Part shown: positions 23,912-37,604 of the stretch, piece after piece
How positions within the stretch are numbered: the first letter of the stretch is position 1
How the letters are laid out: each line of letters begins with the position of its first letter
Assembly (NCBI GenBank): GCA_973895155.1
Contig: OZ316891.1
Coordinates: forward strand, 10,727,875-10,791,874
Source of the DNA: Marsupella aquatica
Lineage: Eukaryota > Plantae > Marchantiophyta
Direction: 5' to 3'
Length of the DNA: 64,000 nucleotides
Position numbers and translations under genes: made by a program
The notes under the pieces: model-generated
Told to the model about the DNA's origin: nothing
The model's input: the letters and a program-made list of their open reading frames with translations, nothing else
Database searches by the model: none

Positions 23912-26900
23912 TTAGGTAGTAATCCTTCTACATTGACCTAAGCCGCGCAACAATCGATCCTCACAAGAGTCATAATCGAGCCACCCATCTGGTGCCTCGT
24001 CTTCAGCTTTTGTCCTGGTGACACCTTTGATTGTCGTATTGTAGCTGCCTCTGCAAGTAGGCCACGCCGTGTATTGGATCGAAAGGATCTCGTCGATGAC
24101 CGCCTGTTCCATTGCCTCAGGACTTGTGCCCTTTTCTGTAAATAGCCCGGTCAATTCCTGCTTACATCTGCATGATCCGAAGGAAAAGTTCAGTGCTACG
24201 ACAATCCTTAGCCCATTCCACTCAGTCTTTAAAGCACGAACCGGGAACATTCAAATCTGGAACAAGGGAGTCACTTGTTGTACATACTCTGGACACTAAA
24301 CCCTGGACCCTCTCCTCCCTCAAGTAGCATTCCCTGAACCAATGTTGGTGCAACACAAAGTTTGTGACGAGCACTAGTCATTCCGACATCTTAACCACTT
24401 AACCGGAAGCTTGCGAGTACAAACTGCGTACCCTTTTCTTCCACGCATTCTCTCATTTAATGGATACTCTTGTGGGTCTTGCTCAGTCAATGTTCTACAT
24501 TCAATAAATAAGCCCTCCTTTGGGGATACATTAATTGAAATGATTGGAGGGTAATTTCTTACCGGCGGCCACGGCGGGTATCCGCGACGGCCAAGCTCCA
24601 CGAAGATTGACCGCTCCCAACAAAAACGGATGAGCGCAAGCAAAGTTCCTGCTCCACCAGCGCAATCATGTGATTGCTCACCACCTCCTTTTGATCGACG
24701 CCGAATAGATCGGGCATTGCAGCGGAGTGCACATAGAAACCGTCAGCGAAGTTTGGCAAGCCTTCTATCATCCAAAGACCGGCGACGTTCAAGCTCTTGT
24801 TTCTGAGGTCCTCCACGACCTAAATAGCCAATTCAAACCACAGAAACAGGGTCCAATCAGCGAAGAACTCGAAGGACCAGCATCTTTTTATCCTTGTCCT
24901 GACTTACTTGAATTGAATTGTGATATTGAATTTCATAGCCCACACTTCGGTATTGCTTGGAGGTAGCCCCATACCCATTTCAGGATGCCAGAGCTTTCGG
25001 CCCCACGAAGCCATCCATCAGTAGAGAGATAAACATTGTTCATTCCATGCGTTACAGCCCGATCATAGATGGCGCCTGATAAATCCTCCTTGCTCACATA
25101 GACTCCGTTGAAGCCGTTTTTGCTGTTCTGCTTCCTACCCTCGAGCGTCATGTTGTTCCATGTCTCCGACGCGCGCCCATTGGCAATCACCGCACCATCT
25201 GTGCACCTCGAGAAGCACAGCCCAAGCGGGTGCCCTCTACAGTTCGACTCCTCGAACCTCCAATGCACTACGCATATCATCCAATAAACCGCAGTCTCAG
25301 TCTCAGAATACAACGCTCGGCACGCACATTATTAAGAACTAGAGATGATTCAGGGCTCTGTTAATGTAAGTACCCGAGATAAAATTTCGGTCGTTGGAGC
25401 CGAGAGCTCGTTTTTGGTAGAGATCAGTGGCTTTCATTATTCTCTTTGAATGCTGCATGTATGTGGACGCTGCATACATGACACCTCTCCATCGAAGCCC
25501 GGGGAACAATCCACCTAACCCAACGCACTTGGCATCGTTCCGTGGGCCCAGACTCCGCACCATATCCGCAGTGGATGACCACCTGTTGGACTCCTTGAAA
25601 TCAAAGCTGAACTGCGCATAGCAAATGAAGCAAGAGCGAGACAGAATTCAGATTTGTAAACTAGTAGTAGAATAATACGACACACGTTTGGGCTCTCTGT
25701 ATTGAATTGAAGTTTCTTTTGGATAGTCTTTTCCTTGCAGCATTTCCTTGCAGCATCATTCTGCTGCACGTAAAGCAACATTCCCTACGAAACCTGAAAC
25801 GGATGTCAGCAAACGATCTGCACATTCGCATTGTTCGCGGTAAAGTTTCAAAACTCCTCTCCACAACTGTTTGGAACGATGGACTGCCAAAAACTGCACC
25901 GAAATTGTAGCTCGACCAGCTGAGTAAAGCCCCAGAGTTCCAACTGGAACAATTATCGCGCTTTAAGACACTGCCACGGAAGTGCGCTTTTTCGCTGTTA
26001 AAACAGATTCATAAATCATTAGTGTTTGTGAATATGTGGACTTGGTACGAACCCTGGGTGTATCGTTGAACCAAGTATCCCAGTGCGGAGGCCTGCTGGC
26101 TCGTAGCCGCCAGTGTACGTCCAGCCTACTTTCACATCTCTGCACGCAGTCGTCCATGGATATCACTTTTACGTACTCCGATAGGACGTCGGTGTCGTAT
26201 CGATCCTCCATAACTAGCCCCGAGTGTCTGTCGCCCAAATACCCTGTTTGGACATCCAAATCAGAGTCGAGGTCAGTCATCGATGTAATACATTTGGAGC
26301 TGCTAAATTGTCTACCAGCTCGCCTTGCGATCTAACTTTATGAATTCATCGGACTCATGCTGTAAACATATCGAAAGATGACAATGCAGGTATTCTATCT
26401 ACGAGTTCTGTTCAACTCAATATCGCAAAAAGGAGGATTGATTCAGAAACGCTTTGTGCTCTTAGGCTACATGCTTCAGATCTACATAACATCCCTGTTA
26501 TACACTTCCTGTACTAATGTAAGAACTTCCCTTCCCTCTAGTAAGACAAACAAAGTGCCCGTTATACTACACCTTAAAAGAGGGACTGAAAGTAACACCA
26601 ACATTCGCTTTATTCGTTAAATTCACTAAAAGCTGATCGAGAATAACAGACAGACAATATTTGAGGGAGAACGACCATCATGAACAGAAGGATTTGCGAC
26701 TCATTGCAAGGTTTCTTAACGAGATATACCACCCTCATAATTGTTATCATAAGAGTTTTAGCACATTGAAATTGAAAGACAGCACTAGAAGGCACGGGAA
26801 CGAATGGGCGGGCAATCAGACCTAGATGTCTGGGAGGGCCACCGAAAAACGGGATTAAGCACAGGGTGCGATTGAGAGTCCTTGCTACGGTTGCTGCTGA

Positions 26901-28124
26901 CTTGTACTCCATAAGCTGGTTGCCGGTTCCCACTTGGTAGCTCAGCAACGGTATAATGAATTTCTCATCTGCAGGTCGTTGCAGAGCGTCCTGAGCCGGA
27001 AACAGAACCATGGCCAAACCCATAGAATGCAAACGTCAGAATTGTCAAACTATAAACACATTATTGTACATATACCACCTTCTAGCTTGAAAGTCAGAGG
27101 CTTTATCGTAAACCCATTCTTCATAAGTGGACGACTAGAAATCATGCTCGCTCGGAAATGAGCTTCCGATCCCTTCAAAAAATTCTTGAAACTCTGGAGC
27201 GATTCTTCCACTCAGCCGCCAATTGCCACAGACAACTTTTGTGCTGCCGTCCTAAGTTTCTCAGACTTTAGCACCAAAGAAGACCTCGTCCAAATCTTGA
27301 TCCTTGTGTAACCGGATCGCCAGTTTCTCTCAATCTATCCAACTGAAGTTGGTTTGAACGGACTTCCTAGACCTGATCATGTGCTCTAGTCATTCTAAGT
27401 GTTTCCGTCCATTGGCTTGAGATATTCCCAACTGGTAACTGAAATTGAATCGTGCTCTACAGGTTTCCGAATGTTTCAATTTGAAAACCCAGAATGTTCT
27501 GGGGTTCGCATCGCATCCCTGATAAAATGTGCGGGTCCGGTCCCGACATGATCTATTTCTGCAAACATAATTTATCTACCAAAAAGATATTTTGACATCT
27601 ACATCATCCAGATCCCAATTCTCTGCACAAGGAGGTCAACAATTACAGCAGATACTCAGACTCGGATTAGTGAATGCAATAAGACGGTCAAGGACCGATC
27701 TGCAACTGACCTGAACTCCGGGGTCCTCCACCAGCTGTGTATCCTCCTCAGTTAACGCTTCTGCAGTGGCGTTGATCGGACTGACTGTTGTATTGTTGGC
27801 ATTCTGCTGAGGATCAGGTGTTACGGTTTCAACAGGCCGCTTCAGTGGCTCCGATTTCTCCTCTACATCGGGTGAATCGGTGTGCACAGTAGGAACAACG
27901 GGCGTCGAGTGGGAAGAATTGTAAGAATCGTTAGAGGCAGGCCTGCCGAGAAATGACTGGATTTGCGATGCGGATAGACTGGGGTAAGAGAGGACGGACG
28001 GAGGCGGGGATTCCCAGATGACCAAGAGCAGGAGCAGGCTGACGATAATCAGCGGCACTTTGTATCCAATGTTCTTCATCCATTGGAACGAACCGCCCAT
28101 TGGCAACAAGCCCTCGGACGTCAT
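23912..28124 (-). CDS. O-fucosyltransferase-like (POFUT/O-FucT superfamily) type-II membrane glycosyltransferase, 605 aa. Exons 28124-27711, 26990-26822, 26243-26053, 25611-25374, 25267-24975, 24819-24563, 24167-23912
   Basis: N-terminal TM (VPLIIVSLLLLLVIW) and S/T/P-rich stem; motifs GTGNQLMEY...ARTLNRTL, NFISVHWRFEES, VYLSTD and ALVEQELCLRSSVFVGS typical of GDP-fucose O-FucT folds. All junctions are GT-AG and in phase. Confidence 0.87.
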
Positions 28125-30926
28125 TGATCTGCCGTCGACTTCACGCCCCGCCTACGGTCTGTCTCGATCGATCGCCGGCTCGCTCACCACCTGGCTGGCT
28201 GGCGAACTTGCGAACCCTGCTGCTCAATCACACAACACAAATTTCTTTCTTAAAATCTCAGAACACTTCAATTATATTTTCCGTCCAAATCCTCAACCAG
28301 AATCGCACATCTCTCGTATGATTTAATCACTGTTAATGTCCAAAGCTTCAACCAGAATCGCACGCTCCGATGCAAACCAATGAATAGTCCGCCACGATGA
28401 AGTATGTGTTTTAGAAATTTCTTTGGGCGTCTGGCTGAATAACTGTGAGCTATTTTACATCGAAAGAAAACGACCTCAAACAGTCAGATACCTCTGGATC
28501 TCTTTACATATTAAAAGTACCATCGAGGTTGACGATTACGACGACGACCTGGCTGATCGATGACGATCAGACTGAACACCAGTAGAGTTCTTTTGCCTCC
28601 TCGAAGTAATTGGCATAAGCCTCTTCCATGGGGGTACCACTATGGTGAGCAGCAGCTGCTGCACGCCCCGTGAAGGTGAACGGTAGACTGGCTGACTGGC
28701 TGCAAAGGTCTGATTATCTCTCATTCTCTCGCCAGATCTCAATCACTTAGTTGAAATCGGCTTCACGGCTCGCTTCAAGGTCATACTAAGACGAGCTCGA
28801 CGTCTGTGCGTGGGTCAGGGGCCTGTTGATTCCAAACGTTTCGATTGATCTAAGGTCCAGATATGCGACTAACGTTTCATTCCAGAGTAGTACTGGACAG
28901 GCAACCAGGGAGCGTGAATTGTGAGGATAGTTAATTATTTGGACTTCTGGCGATAGTCTGAAGAGTTGAAAGTCAGGCGAACAAGTTGAACAACTGCCGC
29001 CTATCAAAGTTTGTTTCTGACAACTTAGCCTCAAAACAGTTTCTGTTAGACTAAATCATTTTCGTCCGATCAGGAAACTAAAACTTGTAGATCTGCAAGG
29101 AATCCCGGCAAGAGACTCTGCCAAAGCCAAAATTCATGACCGGCAGGTCGTGATCATTTCTGGCTTCGAGAATATATGTTTAGACCGAAATCCAATTTGT
29201 CATTCATGTCTCGAGAGTTTTCTGACAGACCAAAATCGTCGCCTCCGTGCTCATGGCAGCGGGCGTAAACATTCCTGATAACCTGGCAGGACAGTTAAAG
29301 AACTGGCACTATATCTACATGAAATTGAAACGGCCCTTCCAATATTGAAACCTTACCGATTGATCGAGACGGACGGACAATTGCGAGGACCTGCGGTGCT
29401 AAACCGAAATTGTGTCGATGTCGCTTCTTAATATTCTAACGGAGGCCACGATCGACCAAACACTGCAGTCATCAGCTACCGTCACAATCAGCAGGCTTCC
29501 GCTCCCCCCTGCCCCTCCTCGAACTCCTCTCCATGAGTGTAAAGTTTACACTAGCTCTCTCACGTTCTCGCTCGCCAATCTCGAGGCCAAACAAACCATT
29601 AATCCCGACGCGATACTTCAGCCAGCCAGCCAGCCAGCCAGCTAGCGTAGCAAAGCTGGGAAGCCACGGTCCACACACGAGTCCGCGTTGCTTTTCCGTG
29701 TTTTAGTTTTCGGGTACTTGTTTTCCGTCTTCGACTTTCGAGTCTCCTCTTTTTATTTTCTATTTTTCCCTGAAATCCGAAGCGGACGAAACGGGAGATC
29801 GGGTGACAGGCATACAGGATACATCCGTTTCCTTTCATTCACCACTTTACTGGACCGGGCTACATTCTAGCTTGAAGTACACACGATCATCATCCAAGTT
29901 TATTAGATTGTGGATCTTCCTTCCTCGACGGACTTTGAGGCTCCATCTGCGGCGCAGTGCCTTGCAAAAGGAGCTGTCGGGCCCCATGTCTCCTTTCCAC
30001 TATCGTTTCTCGCATGGCGTTCAGAGGCACCGTTTGTATTTCTTAATTTTGGCTGACTGCTTGTCCCCAAGCAGTGTTGCCGTTCAAGCATTGCTATGTA
30101 TGGAGTAGAACAACTCTCCGCAAAAGTCCATCATGGAGTTGTATATTATTGTAAAATTCTCCGCAACAGTCCATCACCGAATTGTCACTTGTAAAGTTGA
30201 AACGTTCGCTCTCGCTGGCGGACTCGCCGGCCATATCGACTCGGTCATCATCCACTCCGGCACATGGTTCCCACACTTTTCACCTTTGATTGACTTAACA
30301 AATCAAACGCCTAATTCCGGGCCCACGCGCGAGCGGGTCCTCGGGGTATTCGGGGCCACCTGCATGCCAAAGGACCTGCCAGGCAATCAATCAGTCCAAC
30401 GTTCTGAGAAGTAGAGATCGGACCAGATACCACCATCATAGGCACTAGGAAGCATGCTACACTTCGTCGCTGTGCGCGATGGTCCCCGCACGCACGCTAC
30501 GTTTCTTTCTCACAGCTGCGCTGTCTAAAGGTTCCTACCCTTCATCATCAGCCATCCAATTTTCTGCCATCAAACTCCACCGATCCACTGCTTCACTCAT
30601 TCCTCCGCATTCGGGAAGAATGAAGAATACATCGCCGATCCTCCGTACAGTAAAGTGCCGTTCCGCGGAAGTTGGGATGGAGTTCTGTGAAAACGTTCGA
30701 GGGAAAAATAGATCGATTGAACGGGAATCAATCGATGGGGCCATCTCAATCCCCCTCGAAGTGAATCCGCCCCTTTGTCGAACACAATTCATTGACGATT
30801 CGATTAATTGATGATTTCTGCTTCTCTGCCCTACCCTGTCTTTCCCCTGTCTAGCAAATCGCAATCCCTCATTCTGTCACCTTGAAAAAGCAACCAGCTA
30901 GAGTATTATGCCACAAGGGCGATAAG

Positions 30927-31252
30927 TATTAGTGCACCATGCATCATTACGGGATTGGTCCACGTGTCCCACGATGAGTTCTTTAGGGTTTAGTGCACCC
31001 TTATGAGAGCACTTCATTGTGCTCATACTTAGATCGGGACTTAGATATTAGTTGAGAGAGAGAGAGAGAGAATTGTCATAGAGAAGTTTGTGAGCTTGCC
31101 AGGCTATGGCGGATGTACTGGTTTGTACATAAGGATTCTTCTCTTGGCCGTCGACATAGGACAAACGGGGTGCACTATGTATCTTGGTGTTGATTTGTTG
31201 TTAATTTACGCTGGTTCTCAGCGATGTTGTGCTGTGCGATGTTTCCCCAACA
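30927..31252. mobile_element. Possible degenerate LTR related to the outer LTR at 11777-12456
   Basis: Shares a (GA)n tract, ggctatggcgg(a/g)tgta and a ttcc(c)caaca end; the 5' boundary and TSD were not found. Confidence 0.35.
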
Positions 31253-34200
31253 TATATTGGCCCTCAAGTCTAGGGTGGGCAAACCCCATGCCACCCACAA
31301 GTTGTGAATACAGAGTTTTAGTTGAATTTTGGACCCGTCTCAGGCTTGGCACTTTCTAAATCTAGATTGCTGTAGGTCCAGTGATTCATTTTTTCCCTAC
31401 CATCGCATTTAAGTGGTTTGCTTTGCTAAATTGTTTAGGAAGACCCCACTAGAAAAATAAGTCGTAAGTTGATTTCCCGGGGGTCTCACTGTATGGTTAC
31501 CCCCTATCTCCTGCCACTACACCCTAAAACTTAAGAAAAAAATTTGGGGAAATTTGCCTCAATCAATTTGGAATATCATTGGAGTATACTAAGATTGGTT
31601 TTTTAAACCCTATCTAAACGGCCCTACTGTACTTTCACATAAAATTTTCAAGTCTTTCTTCAAGCCAAACCAATCAAATGGCCCTATGCTTGGTCACACA
31701 TGATGTGCCATGTATGCAGAAGTGGGTGCACAAGTGAAACCCCTGAGGTTGTTTTCACATATATATACGGATGGGTTTGCAAGACTTAGGGGCACTTGTG
31801 ACTTTCTTTCACCAAACTCAACTTTATTGGGGGTACGTCTACCCATAAACTCCAGACCAAAACTCTTTTGAAATGACGTTCACTGGATGCAAATCACTTG
31901 ATGGAGGGACCTATGGAGGGAGCCAGAATCACTTGATGGAGGGACCCATGGAGGTGGTCTAAAATTGTAGACAATTGAAAACAGGCAATTCACATCAACA
32001 TTTATTTGGGTGCACTCCTTGCCATGTAAGATGGTAGACACCATACCCCAATAAAACTTGAGATCTTGTAATGCCTCTCTTAAAGGCCCTCTCTTATAGC
32101 CAACTGCAGTCGTTTGCACTCAGTATAGAGTCTAAGAGTCCCAGTTTGATATTAGGGGGAGTATGAAAAGAAACAATGCCCCCCCCCCCCCCTCCCCCCC
32201 CCCCTTCGACTTGGACATTAAAGCCACCCCAAAGTGAGCAATAATTGGTGTGCGAGGGTTGTCACGGGGTTGTCACACTAGTCTTGTCAAATATAAAGTA
32301 TGTCACACGCGTGTCAAAAAAGGAGTATACCACAAGGGTCAAAATTTTTGTTTATGGTTTTCTTTGACTTTTCCTTTACCCATGTTGCAAGTCATGTTGC
32401 CGAGTCTTCTCCAAAGCCCAAAGTTTTTTCAGATTGCCTTATTTTTATTCTCACGTAGACACTTGAACTGTTTGTGGATCCACTTTACAGGCGAAAGATT
32501 TTCCTTTAATTGTACCCAACATGATGCTTTCATGGACCCTGCCCGTTAACCATGCAACCCCCATTTTACAATTTCACTCATTGACATACCCTCCAAAAAA
32601 TTTTGAGCACCAAAGTTTGACTTGGTATGGGAGATATGGAGTTTGACTACCCTAAACTCCATATCTCCCTCCTTCAACCGAATCTGCTCTTCTTGGTTCG
32701 TTAGAGACCATAGGGAAAGGTGTTTCCAGCCTGAGTCTAAACATCTCTACTTTCATGGAGAATTGAGAGATTTCTAAAGATAACTTCCATCACTCATTGC
32801 CTAAACGTTACACTTTGCACTTCCAAAAGTTTGTGAGCAGCTAAATTTGACATTCAGCACAGCCCAAGATATTCAATGGAACTGATTTTGTTGGATTTGT
32901 TATTTTGTTGGCTTAAACAGATCTTTCCAAGGAGCCTCATGGAGTCAGATTTCACTGAGAATTGAGAGACCTATAAATTTCCAAAGATGGCTGTCCATTC
33001 TGCTTGCCACATTTCATTCGTGGATGTAATATGATTTTACTATGAGAGCAGAAACGGTGGTTTCACTGCCATCCATCCAGGTTACAAAGGTCTGTCTGAC
33101 AATTTGCGCAAACATGGAGGTCCATCCAGGTATTTTTTATGTATCATTCTATGAAAAAATTAAGTGAAAAATGAAAACCTCATTAACAGATTAAATCCCC
33201 AGCCTAAACCAGGATGGAAAAACATAGTGAACCCAAGGACCAAAGACCAAGGACCATCAGACAGTGACTACAAAACTATGCAAATCAGAACTATGACAAC
33301 ATGTTATGCCCATAAGTAAATTGACATATTAAATAAAAAATGAGGGTGAATACTTACTCCAAGAAATAGAGGTGCTCATGGGGAGGGCAACATGTAGGGA
33401 AAGTTCAGCTATCATGGACAGCAAGCCAGGACTGAATTATTGAAAAAGAACTACAATAGTAGAGCAATGCATGTACACAATATATATAAGCAGTTGAAGC
33501 ACTCATGGACCTTGCCCCTGAACCATGCAATTTGAACGGATCATGTACGTGTCAACATCACGAGGACAGAAAAGGTGCTAGACTGGCTACCTAATCGAGT
33601 CATGCAATGTTGATGCTAAAGGGGGGATTTACTCTGGTGGCTTCATTTGGTTTCCATTTTTGCCCTGGAATGCACGCCTACTTTACTTATGCCTCAGGTG
33701 CCTTCCTAATCTAATATATGTTTGCTGGTGTTACATTTTTGGACCTTGAAAGTGGCTGAATGTTTTTTCATTGCAAGCTTCCTAATGTTATAGCAAAGGG
33801 GTGCTGTCTCTTACCAAACTACTTCAATACCTCTACTTAAGTTGTCCAATTGCATATTCTGATAGTTACAGGAATCCGGCTTAGTGCATCCTCAGGGGCA
33901 TCCTCACTGAGTGGGGAAAGACACTTGGAACAATATTGCTTCATTTAACAATTTGGAACTATATTGCTACAAGTGAAAATTAGGTAGTTTCCGGGCCAGT
34001 ATGCACAGCTACCACTAGTCTGTTTGAATAATTTAGGCTTCAGTTGGTGCTTCAAATGTAGTGACAACTGGTTCATATCAAATCAAGGGTTGTTGAATGA
34101 ATATATGGATGACCACAGGTTGAAAGCAGGGGACAGAATGCATAAATGAGTTGGGGGAAATGCTATCGCAAGAGTTGGAGCCAGTGAGTGCCAGAGCAGG

Positions 34201-37200
34201 ATTGATTTAGATCAGGCAAATTTTTTAATTCCAGCCCCTGTTTTCTTCCCTCCTTCCCTTGTTGTCTTTCCTTTCCTCCCCACAACCTCCAAACCATGAA
34301 AACCAAAAAGCACTTTCCCCCTTCCCCCCCCCCCCCCCCCCCCCCCCCCAAGATTAAAGAAAAGTTACTCCTCCCCAAGAGCATAATCATTTACCAGGTG
34401 AGGTTTTAAGGGTTTATATATATATATTACCTTAGATCCAGAGGGTATCCCACTTCAGTCAATCCAGTAGTGCCAAAAAGCGTTTGAAAGCACTGCCTGC
34501 CTAGTTTTGTTCCGTCCTTTCAAACCTCTTTCTTTAAAGTTTTAAACAGTAATTTTTACTAGATTGTTGAAAATTATAGAAGCAGATTCTCCACATATTG
34601 CAGGGTGTCTTGCAGAAATTGATTACAATCCGGTGTTTAAAACATGGGACCCGGCCTTTTTTTTGGGATTAATTCCAGATGTTACTCGTACATGTGATTG
34701 CCAACATTGAAGTGTCTTACTTTACGCTGCTGGATGCGGAGGGTCCCGTGAGAAAATCTATTGGGAATCCCTGAGAAATTTCAAGATTCAGCTGACTGAA
34801 CACAGGCATACAGTAGCTAAGCTAAACCCCACTGAGTTGTCCAGACCTATGACTATTGTATCTACCTCTCCACCTCTCCTGGCAAAGACTGCCAATATCA
34901 TACATTGCGGTAGTATTTGATTTCCCTCAGGCCAGGTCATTGTAGCGTGCAAGGAAACAGTAAAAAGATTCCTCGCACGAGCAAAGTTTTTGTGAGCATG
35001 ACCCCTAATTTGTCTATATCCAACTGACTTGCTAACAACCACCTGCTTGATAACATACATTTTTGTGATTCATCTTTTTGCTAGCAAACTCGCTAGCCAT
35101 CTGGAGTCATAAGAAAACACAAAATATATGACAGGCAGAAGAAGCAAAATAAATTTATAACACTCTCCTCGCTATACAAAATCGCTGTTTGCTCACATTA
35201 TACAATACCTCCCTCCTGCCCACCTCACTAAATGAAGCGCAACAGTACAAGAGAAGAGACCTGATTCACTGTGTAAAATTTCGCAGAATGTGTGTCGGCT
35301 GATGACAAAGCATTATGGGTGTTTGGACTTGGGCGGATATAACGAACCCGTTATTTTCGAACCTGAATCTAGCGAAGAATTTAACAATATTGGATGTAGA
35401 GAAGTAATAATATATGGAACACTAATGGACGCATGAAAGCAGATATAACGTAGAAAAGACGGAACTACAAAGATTACAACTTGAAGTTGCACTCACCATC
35501 TTGAGGGAGAGGGATCCTGTTCCACATTGATGATCATCCTTCTTGCGTTCACGTTGTAAGCTATCTTTTGTGCTCTGCGGTTTGATTTCACCGTGAATAC
35601 TGCTGGAACACGTCTGCTGACTTTTGACCACTTTGATTGGGGGCGATTCACCCAGAAGCAGCGTCAGATATAAAGATAGCGAATAGGGAAGCAGTTCTAG
35701 TCGCTATCTAATGAAGCATATCTCAATCAAATGAAACAAAATTGTACTCCGTTCTTAGTTTTTATCGATGTGGAAACTTCTTAGAATGAAATCTGAGTTC
35801 CCCGAGACTTCAAACTTCGACGGCCTTTTCTAAGTACGAAGTTGTGCCATACGAAAGGAACAGATTTAAAAAGGACAGGCGATGCTAGGCTCCTGGCAGT
35901 GTCCCGGACAATGCATGATTGTACTCGGGCGATCGTCTTCGCGTCTCTGCAAAGACCATGTATTTAGGCAAACTCTGAACTGTCTCAAGATCATTTAATT
36001 GCAGATAGCTTCGGGCTGTGTTTGAACAACAACCATCTGACGTACTGAATCTCAAAATGAATTCTTAAATGCAGTTAGTTAATCTCCACGAAGACTGAGC
36101 TTCTTGATCCCCTCGACATGCAATCTAATTTTGTGCCTACTTAGGACATTTTGCCATTTATCAACTTGCAGCCCAATTGTTACTTCAGGAGATGGCCGGG
36201 AATGGGTACTCTGGGTGCAGCCCTTTATCAAGGTATTCAGATAGTGTGCAATATGATTTATGAGTATGCACAGGTTTTGAGGCCAGTGTCCAATATGACC
36301 TGAGAAGGAGGACTGTCATTGGTGAGAATCGTACCGGTGAACAGCAAATTGAGTGCAAGCAACAACATTCCACTATTCCAATTTATTCACAAGGCACCAC
36401 AGAATCTGGAAAACATGGCCCTGGCAGTAAGAGTCAAATTGCCTGACAAAAGGGTTCAGAAAACTATAAATCCTACAAATAAAGATGAACTTCTTGAATG
36501 GATTGAGCGACAGCTGCAGGTGAAGAACACTGAGGAGATCCTTCCTATGTCAAGGGAGAGTAACAGATCACAGCAGCGTTGGTTTCCTTTTATATACAAG
36601 AGATTGGGAAGTAGTTGTTCCGTTAAAATCTTCACTGAATAAGGATAGGCCAGCCACAACAATAGTTCCCTGACAGCAATCTCTGCACTTATCTGATATG
36701 AAATTAGACAAGTGAGAATGGTTCACCCACAATTTTGACGAGGGTCATGTGACCCACTGGTAGCAAGAGTCGTGCTTTCCGTGTCTAAAACTGGCTTGTG
36801 AGCTGATAGTGGTAGTCTTTCACATGGTGGTCAAATTTTGGGTGATCCTCACTTTTGTTGAATTTCATAGTAGATGAGCGCAGAGACTTCTTCTCATGGA
36901 AAAGACCAGACCAATCCCCTTCGCCTAAATCTCTTAGAAACACCTATGAACACTCCCGTTGCCCTGATCCTCCTCATCGACAAAAACCTGAATGCAGTGA
37001 CTTAAATACCATCCAGGTCAATCCGCTTCGAAGACATAATTGCATTGGCTTCATTCCGACTGGTAACCTCACGACTTAAAGTTGCCAATCATTGTCCAGT
37101 TGTAAAACTCGCATCCAAGCAAAACGTCAACCAATTCTGTACAGGATGCATTGACCGCCAGCCACTATTTAATGAGAAAACGTGACGTCCTTGACGGTTC

Positions 37201-37604
37201 TGTGGGACAAGATGACTTCTACTGTCTTCCGTTCCTCCTCTCCATCACCTGCCAAGTAATGATGACAATGTTACAGCCGACAAGGTTACTACGAGAAAGA
37301 TAAATACATTCACGAGTAATGCACAGCACATTGTGTAATTTGATATGCAAAGGTCCTCAACCTCTTTGGACTCAGGGAACGCCGGCCATTACTCAAGATT
37401 GGATGAAGGCCACCCCGCTGTGAGAACTTTGAGCATGAGAACAAGAACAGATACGGAGGTAAAGCAAAGCGAGAACTCAAGGTAATCAATTACTCTAAAA
37501 CCTACTCCTGACTTAATGAAATGGTCGTTCGAGGGTAAGAACTTACAAGGAAAGCAACCATAGTCCAAGGGTGCAGTGCATTCAACCTTCAGCTTAGGAA
37601 CGAC

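Noticed and set aside
28300-30870. Cluster of short ORFs and a (CAGC)n microsatellite at ~29620
   Set aside because: No motifs or consistent exon chain; probably the upstream region or leader of the O-FucT gene.
32178-34349. Long C tracts at ~32180 and ~34320 as functional G-quadruplexes
   Set aside because: Simple homopolymers in repeat-like DNA; lengths are error-prone and there is no supporting context.
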